A stretch of 36,208 nt of DNA from Syncephalis fuscata S228 (Eukaryota > Fungi > Zoopagomycota): positions 1 to 36,208 of the forward strand of contig JAHLTZ010000077.1 of NCBI GenBank assembly GCA_025786725.1. Direction: 5' to 3'. This document shows, in pieces, positions 12,185 to 24,135 of the stretch. Within the stretch, counting starts at the first letter, position 1. Each line of letters starts with the position of its first letter. Made by a program: the position numbers and the translations under genes. The notes beneath the pieces were generated by a model. It was not told the origin of the DNA, did no database searches, and was given only the letters and a program-made list of their open reading frames with translations.

Positions 12185-12787
12185 ATTTTAACAACGCTAT
12201 ACCAATTAGCTGATCGCTATTATTTTTTAATTCACATTCCATTAATTTTTACCACATAATTACGTTAAAAATACTTTTTAAGCCGGCCATGATTATTACA
12301 AATAAAACATAATTAAATTCTAGAATAGCTATAGCTATTGGAATAACAAATATCATATTTTTATGATGGCTATATCTATAACAATAGCAGATCATGCCAC
12401 TTTACAATGTTCATAACTATTGCACGTTGTATCAAAATATTAATATTACTAAATAGTTAATAAGCCTATAACATACAAGCATGGCGGGCAAATTATAACA
12501 ATACAATGTACAAAGATACTGTTTGATGACAATGAAATAGCCGGCTTATTACTTGTAACTTTAAAGTCTGGGCCACTAAGAACAATCATGTTTCAGCATG
12601 GTGCAACTAAGTATGTTTGTCTTTTACACCACTTAGGACCTAAACAATGAAAATGATTTTGTTCATGGGTATTATTATAAAACATATCTTAAAGCAGTAG
12701 ATACAAAATTGAATATAAATACACGTCGGTTTATTTGGTCAATAATTGATTCAACATCCCAACAAAGCTACAGCTTCTATAACGACC

Positions 12788-12793
12788 TATAAA
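12788..12793 (+). promoter_or_regulatory. Candidate TATA box of CAP copy B (mirror at 9111-9116 for copy A)
   Basis: TATAAA about 100 bp upstream of the ATG at 12890. Confidence 0.5.
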
Positions 12794-12889
12794 CCAGCAC
12801 TTTTTACATCATTTATACAGCTAGTCTGATAGATCGACTAAACGCACCAACTGCTACGCACGACTTTTGAACCTACAACCACTATCATC

Positions 12890-13375
12890 ATGAAATTTCT
12901 CATCACTCTCGTCGCAATTACCGTATTTGCCGCTAGCACAATTGAAGTGACTGCCGGTCCAGTTAGCTTCGATCCGACAAAGATGCTTTGTCTGGTCAAC
13001 AAATTCCGCGGTGAACGAAAGCTTCCACCACTTGCAATTGATGCCGGTTTAAACAAAGCTGCACAGACCCATAGTGCACTTCAAGCTCGTAATAACCAAA
13101 TGAGTCATTCTTTCGCTGGTGAACCTGCTTTAATGGAACGCTGCTCTATCAGCGGTGGCGGATGGAACAGCGTAAGAGAAAATGTTGCGGGCGGACAGAC
13201 ATCTATTGAGCAAGTTATGGACAGCTGGATTCGCTCACCTCTTCATCTCCAAAACTTAGTAAGCGATGCCACGCATTTCGGCAGTGGCATGGCTGTAGGC
13301 AGTGGAGGCAAAGCTTACTGGACACAGGACTTTGGCCGTAACGATAAACTGCCAAAGAACTTCCCAAAATGCTAA
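12890..13375 (+). CDS. Secreted CAP/SCP protein, copy B
   Basis: 161-aa protein identical to 8529-9014. AATAAA at 13448. Confidence 0.95.
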   Translation: MKFLITLVAITVFAASTIEVTAGPVSFDPTKMLCLVNKFRGERKLPPLAIDAGLNKAAQTHSALQARNNQMSHSFAGEPALMERCSISGGGWNSVRENVAGGQTSIEQVMDSWIRSPLHLQNLVSDATHFGSGMAVGSGGKAYWTQDFGRNDKLPKNFPKC

Positions 13376-16300
13376 ACAAGCAGCGACGTACGACTAAGAT
13401 AGAATAACGAACAACGCTAGAACCGAATCAGCGCTAAAGTGCTAATTAATAAAACTTATTACAATTTATTGTCTTTGATTTACTGATTTGCCTACAAGTG
13501 CTAGATCGGATTAAGCAGTTTGTATCTAACAAATTGCCACTGCTAGTATCGATACAAGCAGGCTATTTAATATGTTTTAAAAGAGTTTGCCGTTGATGTT
13601 GGCAATATTGGCGTGTATTGTTTGTTTGTATGCTTAATGATTTTAGCATGTTATAAGCAATTAATCTAGGTAAAGTTTAAAAACATTATAAACTTAACAA
13701 AGCTGTATTTGATTTATTGCTTTTGGTGCATAAATTAAATGCGAACCAGCAACGAACTATCATTTGCAATAAGCATCACAAATAGCTATTAATAATAGTG
13801 ACATATATATACATGGCTGTTTGATTCAAATGTTAAAAGTATTAATGCAATGCCATTAGTGCTATAGCTTTAGTTTTAGAAGCCGTGGATTAAACGAGCA
13901 AACAGCACTCTATCTTGATGCTGTGCTATCATGTTAGCCTCTGGTGTTCTCTATGCTTTAATGTTTAACATATAAATGTTAATTGACTAATATTCAGCTT
14001 ATTTTGGTCTAACTATATTGACTAAAAATAGTTGTAAACTTTTATTCCAACATTAACTACTGCTTCAACACTATTAGTGCTAATATTTACACAGTATGTT
14101 TTTTACTGTGTTTTTGAGTTGCATTTACCACAAGTATATCGCTGGAAGCCCTTTAACAAGTAGAACACAATTGGCATTACTGTTAATATGGCTACAATTA
14201 ACTAAATTACGTAAATAAAAGGTCTTAAATTAAAATTGTTGCATTAATTGCGATTAACTTTTTTCCCATCAGTGATTTTTAGCTTTATAACTTTTGTTTA
14301 TGTTTCAGCAATATAATAAATAACTAATATTGTTACTCAAATATTTGAATGTATATATGCCGAACAATCTTTAAAAAATAACTTTTAGCACTATATTTAA
14401 ATCACGACGATATTATTATTGCTAATGCTTACACCTCATCATTAACAACTATATTTCCTAGTATGTCTATATTTTTATTAAAGCTATTTATCATAACTTT
14501 ATAACATAATGATGTGGGGCAGGCCAATAATTAGCTAATACTGGCCATCATTCTAAATAAAATCTATTATTATAAATGTTGGTTTGTGGTACAACGAATA
14601 CAATTATCGTATATTACTTATTATAGTGGAGCTATAGAAAGCTTTTATAGCTATTTGAACAAAAAAGAAGGCATAAAGGTATTGGCAATAGGCTTGTTGG
14701 TAATTATAGCATTTTACGATTATTTATTTGTTTTATTGTTTTTTTAACCTTATTACATAATATTAAAAATTTTATTGGTTATTTATTATTATTTAGTGGT
14801 CAAATGAAAATTTTAATAAAATTTGCGCAATTCAACAAGACATTTGTTTTATTAAACATCATGATGGGCGGTGAATGATATCAATCATCAAATACGCATC
14901 ATTATATATTTATTATCCAGTATGCATATATACTTTATTCACTTATATCATTAAATCATTGTATTCGCACATTACTGCGTTATTGCAATTGGCGCTACTT
15001 TTATTCCTGGCCTATTCCATTTTGAACTTTTTATTTTTATATATCCCCATCATTTGATTTTAATATCACAAAATTCATAACTAATTGGAATTAATTATTT
15101 TAATCATAATTAGTTCTTAACAAGTGGGCTAATAAATACTTTAATAAAGTAATAAATCTGCATATACTTGTATTATTTGTTCTATCAATATAGCTAAATA
15201 AGCAAAACGAATCAAAGTTTATTTTTTAAAAAGTTAGAATCAAGCAAACAACAATCCTGGATAGCTCGTAAATCATATATAATGTAATATATAAATATAT
15301 AGTGCATATGACCTAATGAATGTGTGGCAAAAAATTAGTTGCATTTTATTAATAATAAAGTTAGAGCAAAAACAGTTTTGGATAGAGGAAGGCTAGATGA
15401 GTATAAAATGATATATAAAATGATAAATGTACGGTAAGAAAGCATATAAAATAATGTTAAAGTTATAGTGCATATAGTGCAATGAGTGAGATGCATTGAA
15501 ACATATAAACAATAAATGTGCCTAGTATATCATTAAATGCTGTATAGTAGTGTGGGATATAATGGAAATGATATAAGTGAATTTAGTATATATGTGTACT
15601 GAATAATGAATCTATGGTGATAAGTATTTTGATTACTAACGTTACTCACCACCCACCATCATGCTCAATAGAAAAAAAGTAGTATTAAATTTGACTAATT
15701 ACAATATGTTGGTATTCACAATAAATCCCTCTTGTTTAATTAATAGAAAAATAACGTATAGCTGCAATAAGTAAGAATGTGTCAATATCTTGGCCCAATT
15801 TTCTTGCCAAATTATCAAAATTCATTATATTTTGGTTACATAGTTGCCATTTTATATCTAAAAAAATATAAAAATATTATCCAACCATGCCATACATACT
15901 CCATATACGAGCATGGAAAAGCTAAATAAAAACTTTGCTATTTAGTGATTATTTGCGATTAAAATCTAATGATATTGAAATGGCATATTGCAAATTGGCA
16001 AAATATTTAAACCCAAATAAATGTTTACAAAACACTAAATTATAAATTTAAATATAAAGTATGTAAAAGTATCAATAAATGATTTAGTATAATTAAGTAG
16101 TAAAATACATTGCTATATGAATTAAAAAACAATAGTAAAATCTAATTAATAAAATGCTAATAGTGCTATATATCACTTTGCGTAAAATACAGCAATTGTG
16201 GAGCCACATTAAGTACTTTCTTTTACTACATTATGAATTAATAAATGTGTGTCATTTTGTTTAATTATTAATATTGTTAATAATAATAATATTGTTATTA

Positions 16301-16737
16301 TTGTTGTTGTTATTATTATTGTTACTATTATTACTATTATTATTAACTGTTGTCTTCTATACAGCTTAAACGTAACATCCCCATTCACACATACACATAC
16401 GTGTATATATATGTATGTATAATAAACAGTTCTGGCAATAGGAAAGATAACATTATCGTATAATAACGTCCATCAAAGTCTTGTTCATTGCTAAGATATA
16501 TGCATGCTGACATGGATGAACATATCATCGAACGTGATAACACGAATACCGTGTCAATGGCTGAGTGATACGAGAAAGGAGATAGATAGATAGATAGATA
16601 GATAGAATAAAAGTAAAGAAAAAATAAATGGAGAAAAACAAGCGCCATGGAAATAAATCATGTATACGAATTGGCTAGTAAATGGTTAGTTATAATTTCA
16701 TAGGTTGGTCGCGCAATTAATTGTAGTGTGCTATTGC

Positions 16738-19700
16738 TTAAGCAAGTGTGCCGTCACCTTGAACGTTCATAAAACCTTTGCTCTTCAAGTCGAGTCGTTC
16801 AAGTAAATTGTGGTAAATAAACTTGTAACTCCAAATATTACCCTTCATACGACGAATATCGACAATGTAAAGATTTGTAAGGTTCTTAATCTTGCAAATT
16901 TCCACAACAAAGCGGACTTCATCACCAGCATCAATGCTGGGCTCTCCATAGACAGGCTGGACGACCGTTGTCTGAGTAGCTGAGCTAGCAAAGATAGACT
17001 CGCTATCTGGAATGGCTGCCGAGCCTGATGAGTTAGATGTAGTCCTTGTTGAACCAACAATAGATGCTGGATTGTCGTTACTGCTGCCGCTACCTGCACC
17101 GGGAATAGCATGTGGTACTGATAGACGTCTACCAAGTAGACCACGTAGCGTGCTGGTTCGTTTCCAAGTATTACTACCGCTAGACAGCGAGTCTTGCTGG
17201 CTGCCGGCGGATGACGAGGTGGCAGTCGTTGTGGTACGTTTTGGTGCATGGCGACTTGGACGAACGCACTTGAACTTGAATTCACTTTCACGTAATATTT
17301 CAAGACCCATTTCAAGAATAATTGCGCGAATCTCTGTGACCACTTCCTTCGGTGGACGTGATGTTAGGGCACCTTCATCAATGGCACCGCCATGTGTACG
17401 TAGCTTGACGTCATGACCCGGCAAAATGTTGGTAGGCGATGAACGACGTGGATGTTCGCCTCTGGGTATTGGTTTGCCTAATGAACGTTTACGGAACCAT
17501 TCCATTACCTTCTTGGCCGTACTTGTGCTGCTACCATCAACACGCGATTGCCCCTTATTTCTTCCAGAAGTGGCCGATATGTCAGTACCATTTTGCTCTT
17601 CAGAAGCAATAAGTGCCGCATTGGCTGCTGATTTAGATTCACCGTCGTGATGGAACAAATGGCTAAAGTTACCACTCATTACTTCGCTAAATGCCTTGCG
17701 TTTTGAATTGCCACTACGACCTGGTACAGAGCTCGAATTGCTGCCAGAACGACGGTCGAAAAGCATGCTTGTCAAGTTAGAACGACGTTCACGACCAGAG
17801 TCAGAATCATTGCCTCGACTACCGGTGGAGTGGATTGAGGCATTATCGGCGGTAATTGAGCGATGGCGTTCTGAGCGTGAATTATTTGAATGTGGTAGAT
17901 CCGCAATAACATCATCCTCTTCGGCCATTCGAGTATATGGCATCATTGTGGTGGGACGTGTTTTTGTAGGACGTGTTGGATGCTTCTTGCCTTGTTTACC
18001 AGCAGCCGATGCATCATCCAACGTTCCTTTGCCCCAATTAGGCTGAGGCGAAATGGGTGGTGATGGAAAGGCAGCCGCCGTTGCGTCACCATTCTGTTGC
18101 TCGCCAGAAAGTGAAGTAGATGAGCTGCCATCTGCTCCAAGTGCATGATCGTCGCGGAATCTAGCACCGATTTCTGTGCCATCTACCAATGGCTCCATTT
18201 CCATTGGATTGTTATTATACTCTAACTGAATTGTATGCCGCTTAGGATTGGAGGTAGATGGTGGAGCAAGTGATGCTGCAGGAATAGAGGCTAAATGCGT
18301 AGCCGATGCAGGTGGATGTTGATAGCTAATTTGAGCAGGTGCATGAGTAGCTGGATCGACCATCACAGATGGTAGAGCTTCAATATCATCGCCGTGGGTC
18401 TCTTCAAAGATATGAGCGTAAGCGGCAAGCCAGCGATGTTTCTTAATGACATCCATGGTGCAGCGACGGCGTGGATCGGGTACGAGCATTTTACGAAGAA
18501 GATCACGAGCATCTGGACTAATGTAATCAGGGAATACCAGTGAAGTAGCCAGAATGTATTTGTACAATAGATTGATGTTGTCGCCGTCAGGATTGGCTGG
18601 ATCGTCGTCGTATGGTAGATAGCCGGCAAGCATGGCGTATAAGATAACACCACATGACCAAATGTCCACAGCCGTGCCAACGTACATACCCTCGCTAACG
18701 ACCAATTCAGGAGCAGCATAGCAAGGTGAACCGCACGAAGTAGCCATTAAATCACCTTGTGAAATGTCAAACTGATTTGCAAATCCAAAATCTGTAATAA
18801 TAACATCACGATTACGATCTAACAAAAGATTTTCCTTTAAATAGTGGTATCGTGTCAGTAATCGTCTTTTTAAATCACTATTTATCATACTGTACATACC
18901 AGTTTTAAATCACGATGTACAATATTTTTAGAATGCATATAGCTAACACCTAAATACAAAAGCAGTAATATTAGCCATTGCTTACATTATCTTAGTATCT
19001 AATTAATTACTTACCGCTAATAAGCTGAGCAAACAAACGGCCTGCGTCTCTTTCTTTTAAATAACGATGTGCCAGAATATGGTCAAACAATTCACCACCT
19101 AATTATCATCATAATATCAATTAATTAAATAATTTCTACTACTAAACTAATCATCCTATTTACCAGAAGCGTATTCCATCACAATACCAATATATTTTTC
19201 TGTTTCAATAACATCAAATAATCGAACAACATTAGGATGTCGAACCGACTAATTAATAAAAATAAAATAAAAAGTTATTTTCTATAAATATTAAATACAG
19301 CTTTTACACAAATACTTACTCGAAGTACCATAATTTCACGCTTAATTTTTGCTAACCGCGTACTGCTATCAACGTTTTCTTTACGAATAAGCTTAATAGC
19401 CGCCTATAAGCAATTAATACCAGATTAATATTGTTAAACCGAATAGGAGCACTAATCGATAACTTACCTCTTCACCTGTATCGACGTGCATGCCCAGCTT
19501 TACTTTGGCAAACTCGCCTTCACCGACTGTCTGCAGCATAACATAAGGCCCAAGCATGTTGTGTTTTTTAGGATACAGTCTTGCAGAGGCAGAAGCACGA
19601 TAGCCATGCCCTCCACTGCCTGCCTGTGTGTTAGGCACTATTTGGTCTCCCGCCGCACTGGGTAGACTTGGCATAGGAGGCACCACATCGGCATCGTATG

Positions 19701-19758
19701 CATGCTGATAATTCATCGGCACAGGAGTAGACACGGGACGAGTTGAGCGGTCCGTCAT
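16738..19758 (-). CDS. AMPK-related Ser/Thr kinase, Kin4/Frk1/Ppk1-like, with C-terminal KA1-type domain
   Basis: Exons 19758-19468, 19403-19320, 19248-19164, 19098-19015, 18949-18900, 18834-16738. Motifs [60 protein letters not shown] and the C-terminal [16 protein letters not shown]. Confidence 0.94.
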
Positions 19759-22091
19759 TTTGTTTGTTTCTGTAATACCAACCAATATATAAGTATCATA
19801 CCGATAAAGATCAATAAGCCACGTTATTCCAAATACTACAGTACTTTAGCGTAGATGGCTGATGACCTGGTGAGACACATATAAACGCACACCATATACA
19901 GCCACACACAAACACACAAACACCCAAGTAAATAAACGCACCACAGTAGTTTGGCGTGCAATTATCGCCGTTAAATAAAAAGTAATAAGATAAAACTACT
20001 TTACGGCAAACAAACAATACAGTGCATATACCCTTGAGTATAAATAAGAGAGAGAGAGAGGAAAAGAATCAATAAGAGAAAAGGTGTGGATGAGTGTGAG
20101 TAGTATGTGATGACAGAGGAAACAAAAGAGACACAATAGCCAAGGTCATAGAACTGCGTGAGTGTGATGATATGTGTGCATGGGTGAATGATTGAATGAG
20201 TGAGTGAATGTGTATATGCAACGTTAATACAATTAATGTTGTTACTAATAATAATATAATTGTAACAATAACACCAATAATATACAACAAATACTTTTTA
20301 CTTATTAATATATTATATAGTATACCATATATATACTCTATACTATACATAATGTTCATTTGCCTTTTACAAGCATTTATATTTACTCACATTCACACAC
20401 ATACACACATACACACAATTATACACACATTCATCAATTCATCTAGAAAAGTCCGAGCATTGTAGGTGAACAAACAATTAAACCCCGATAACGGGCGCTA
20501 AACCGGAGTTCAATTATCGTTCAGCCAGTCAGTACATAAATACACAACCAGACACAAGAATGGTCTGAATAGATAAAACAAAAAACAGTGACGAAAATAG
20601 CTTAACGCAAGAAGAAAGCGTCACATTATATCAAGATATGGTACAAAGCTTTACATTACAAGTAGTATAAAGAGAGCAGTACCACTAACCACTCTCCTTT
20701 TCTGCTATCTGTATAACCAACCGCTACTACTACTATCTATACTCCCTCTACCACCATTACTATCGCTATTACTCCGACAGCTGAGTATCCTCCTCACCCT
20801 ACTGTCCCACCTACCTCCTAAATAAATAGCGTATACGATTACAAACCTTGAACAATGAGTAGACCCGTTTTAATGGGACAAACTAGATGAGTACAATAGT
20901 TGATAAGGAGAAGTGCTAAAGCTGTGCGCGCATACACACGTATACACACACACTCAAACGTACACACATAAGCACACACACAGAACGCGTGTGAAAAGGA
21001 GCAGTATCCGCTAGACGAAGAGAAGGAGAAGAAGGAGGAGGAAGAAGAGTAAAGATAAAGGGGTATGCACGCCACAGACCAACAAACAAATAAAAGAAAG
21101 CGAGAACGATGTGTGAAAGAAAGTGGCAGTAGTAATAGCGAGAGAAAAAGTTAACGTACTTTTATTACCACAATATAACCACCGTATTACGAGTAACAAT
21201 TGACGCAGTCGTGTGAATCTCAATGAATATTGGTCAAGTGGGTGGAGTCAGCGCGTGGAACAGAGAGAAATAGAAACGATGAAAGAATAAGAGAGAGAGA
21301 GAGAGAGAAGCGGAGCCAATTGTAGAGAAATGGGCCACTCTATAAAACAGTACAACGTGTACAGTGCACACACTATGATAGACTGACAGATTCGATACTC
21401 ACACCGTGATAGATAGAAAGAAGTAAGTAGGATAGTTAGTTAGCGGGTTTAGTTAGCAATTGAAGAGGGCTAGGTCACAAATGATATAATGATGAAGTAT
21501 TGTTGATCAGTTGATTACACTATGGATAACTATTCTATATAAAGTGAATGAATAGAGTAGTTACAGTATATAGTACTGGATGGAGTAGCCTGTCATGGGC
21601 GCAGTCACCAGTCAAGCGGTTTGTCGTTCACGGGACATGCAGTATGAACACGCGCTTCTTGTCAGGAGACCACGCGGCTCGCGAAACATAATGCTGTAAA
21701 GGCGATAAATGGCCAGAATCGCCTTGTGACTGAAACGGCCCATTAATACCTTTGAAAGTCAATTTGATATGGATATCGCGTGTTAACAACTACCTGTAAA
21801 TGGTGTATTACTTACCGGATTGTTTTAAAAAACTAATCTACTTTTAGACTAATTTCTATTTAACTATGCAGTTATATTGCTATAGTTACTAATGTTATTT
21901 CTGCAGCTTTGTATAAATATATATGAATAAACTATTTGTTAATTAAGGTCAATGCACATGGGTTGGCAAATAGCGGGGATGCATAATTGCTATTAAACTC
22001 TAATAGCCATTTATTTAACTACTGTAGCATGTTAATGTGCTAATGGCCATATCTATTAATACTATTCTATACTACGAACTAGCTTTTATTC

Positions 22092-22675
22092 TTAAGGAGC
22101 AAATAAAACACGGCTCCTGCCATTGAAAGTAACAAATGATGGGCGCGACTCAACTTCTTCCACCGTTCTAAATTGGTACACACTCAAGGTCAGTACTATT
22201 ATGGTAGCGAGGATAAACACCAAGCTGTAAACTTGCTCGTCAACTTACTGAGCGGCCATGGCATTCTCAAGTAGCGCCTCGTGCAAGGGACCCGACACAA
22301 ATGTGATACCGATCATCAGTAGTAGTGTAGCCGTTAAGCATTCGGTAATAATCTAGGATAGAACGTGGCGCAACAAGAGCAAGGTTAGTAGCTCGTGTGT
22401 TTATATAGAACGCGCTATTCCACATCGCACTAGCTTACATCAAACGGTAGACCATCGACTGGTCGTGCCACAGCCTTCAAATACGAGAGATCTAGCGTGG
22501 CATGAATAATACTGCAATAAAGCACTTGGCATCGCTTAGCGTGGCTGTGCATTCACTTACGTTCGTAGGTGGAATAGCCGGCATGAGTCAATAGTACGAG
22601 TCCAATCGTACATAGCACTCGTCCAAGAGGACTAGCACTTGACGGTGAAGCTTTCGAAGTGATTGGTACCGACAT
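22092..22675 (-). CDS. EMC5: ER membrane complex subunit 5 / MMgT family protein (115 aa), absent from the ORF track
   Basis: Exons 22675-22561, 22491-22439, 22352-22249, 22167-22092 with GTAAG donors and a TACTAAC branch point in intron 2. Spliced product: MSVPITSKASPSSASPLGRVLCTIGLVLLTHAGYSTYEHLSYLKAVARPVDGLPFDIITECLTATLLLMIGITFVSGPLHEALLENAMAAQTVEEVESRPSFVTFNGRSRVLFAP. It shows the HA.YS..EH, LP.DI and RPSF..FN.R motifs. Confidence 0.92.
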
Positions 22676-22993
22676 TGATGTACAGAGTCAAAAGTACCTG
22701 TAAGAATAACGTATACGTGTAGAATTAAAAGGGTTCTTTCCTAACTTCACCACTCATCCACACTGTTGTCTAGTATCAAAAAATACCAACTATATAACAG
22801 AGATATCAGTATGTCACACTCCGCTTTTCGCTATCTATTTCTTTGGCTTTGTTCAAGTATTCGTTATCACTTGACTACTACTATCAGCTCGCTAGGTTAC
22901 TCCTGTTCTCGTTCTATCTTTCTACTTTTTACTTTTAGTCACTTACTGACTGTCCCTCTGTTCTCCACGTACACTAGCGCTATTTTGATAAAT

Positions 22994-24025
22994 ATGGATT
23001 TACTTCATGTTAACTCGACTGGTTTGTCATTGGACAAAATGCGCAGTACACTTATTCGGCTTGAAGATACCATTATATTCGGTAGGTAGTACTGATATCT
23101 ATAGACTTGTAGCTTAGAGTAGGTTAGCGTTGATTGAACGGGCTCAATTTGCATGGAATCCACGTATCTATGAAAAGGGCTCTTTTAACTTTGGCGATGG
23201 CTATGATGGATCGTTTTTTGAGTACTTTTTACACGAAGTAGAATCAGTTCATGGTAGGCTGCATTAAATACTATATACATATATATATGTATATATGTAT
23301 ATTAAACATTTATTAACTATATAACATGACAATAGCACGCGTTCGTCGTTATCAAAGGTAAGATGTGATGATAGAACACGTCATCAGTCCATCTAATCCG
23401 ACTAGTCCCGACGAGTATCCATTTACCAAGAATCTACCGGAGCCAATTCTGCCACCGCTTGATTATCCACCTATGTTACATGCCAATAATGTTAATATCA
23501 ACGATAAAGTAATGCAAGCCTATTTAAATCGTATTGTACCAACACTGTGCAATGATACCGACGATCAAAACTATGGATCATCGGCTACACGCGATATTGA
23601 GTGTTTACAAGCACTGTCTCGCCGTATTCATTATGGTTAGTCTATTGTCAGCTATGTATGAATAGACTAATAATTATACTGAATTAACATTAGGTAAATT
23701 TATTGCGGAGGCCAAATTTGTAGCCGATCCTGAAGGTTACACCAAACTAATTCGTGCCAATGATCGTGTGGCTATTGAGACACTTTTGACGGCCCCTGAA
23801 GTGGAGGCACGTCTACTACGACGCCTTCGACGCAAGGCACTGGTCTATGGTCAAGATATTACCGAGGATAGTGCAGACACATGCAATATAACCATTGTAG
23901 CAAGTCCTACTGAACGGCCTGGTAAAATCAATTTGGATTTAGTGGTTGAGTTGTATGAAAAATTTGTTATTCCTCTTACAAAAGAGGTCGAGGTTGAGTA
24001 TTTGATGCAACGACTCGATAGTTAA
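22994..24025 (+). CDS. ARO7: Chorismate mutase, eukaryotic AroQ type
   Basis: Exons 22994-23081, 23128-23253, 23336-23357, 23406-23635, 23694-24025. Motifs LIRLEDTIIFALIERAQF, RVRRYQSPDEYPF, NYGSSAT.DI.CLQALSRRIHYGKFIAEAKF, VIPLTKEVEVEYL. Confidence 0.97.
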
Positions 24026-24108
24026 TTCATAGTTTATAATAAAAGAGCTAAAGCAGTATATCAAAGGCATAATAGGACAAATACGAACTTTATAAAACAA
24101 TCATATTA

Positions 24109-24132
24109 CTGCTGCTGCTGCTGCTGCTGCTG
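24109..24132. repeat. (CTG)8 microsatellite between two convergent 3' ends
   Basis: Eight perfect CTG units. Confidence 0.9.
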
Positions 24133-24135
24133 CTA

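Larger units (their letters stand above)
10876..14343 (+). repeat. Palindrome 2, right arm (~3.5 kb, one extra 333-bp unit)
   Basis: Inverted copy of 7561-10695. Outer identity ends at 14343. Confidence 0.96.

Noticed and set aside
7561-14343. Autonomous transposon or composite element
   Set aside because: No transposase or recombinase ORF, and no target-site duplication at 7560/14344.
21582-21600. Minus-strand CCCATGACAGGCTACTC resembling the RNase P CR-V region
   Set aside because: No complementary CR-I/P4 strand was found upstream.
21728-21785. TPP-riboswitch-like words (CTGAAA, ATACCTTTGAA, TGATATGGATA)
   Set aside because: The P5 pairing and the CTGAGA motif are missing, and the neighbours are not thiamine genes.
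22583-22591. Gcn4-like site ATGAGTCAA upstream of ARO7
   Set aside because: Single site inside EMC5 coding sequence and explained by codons.
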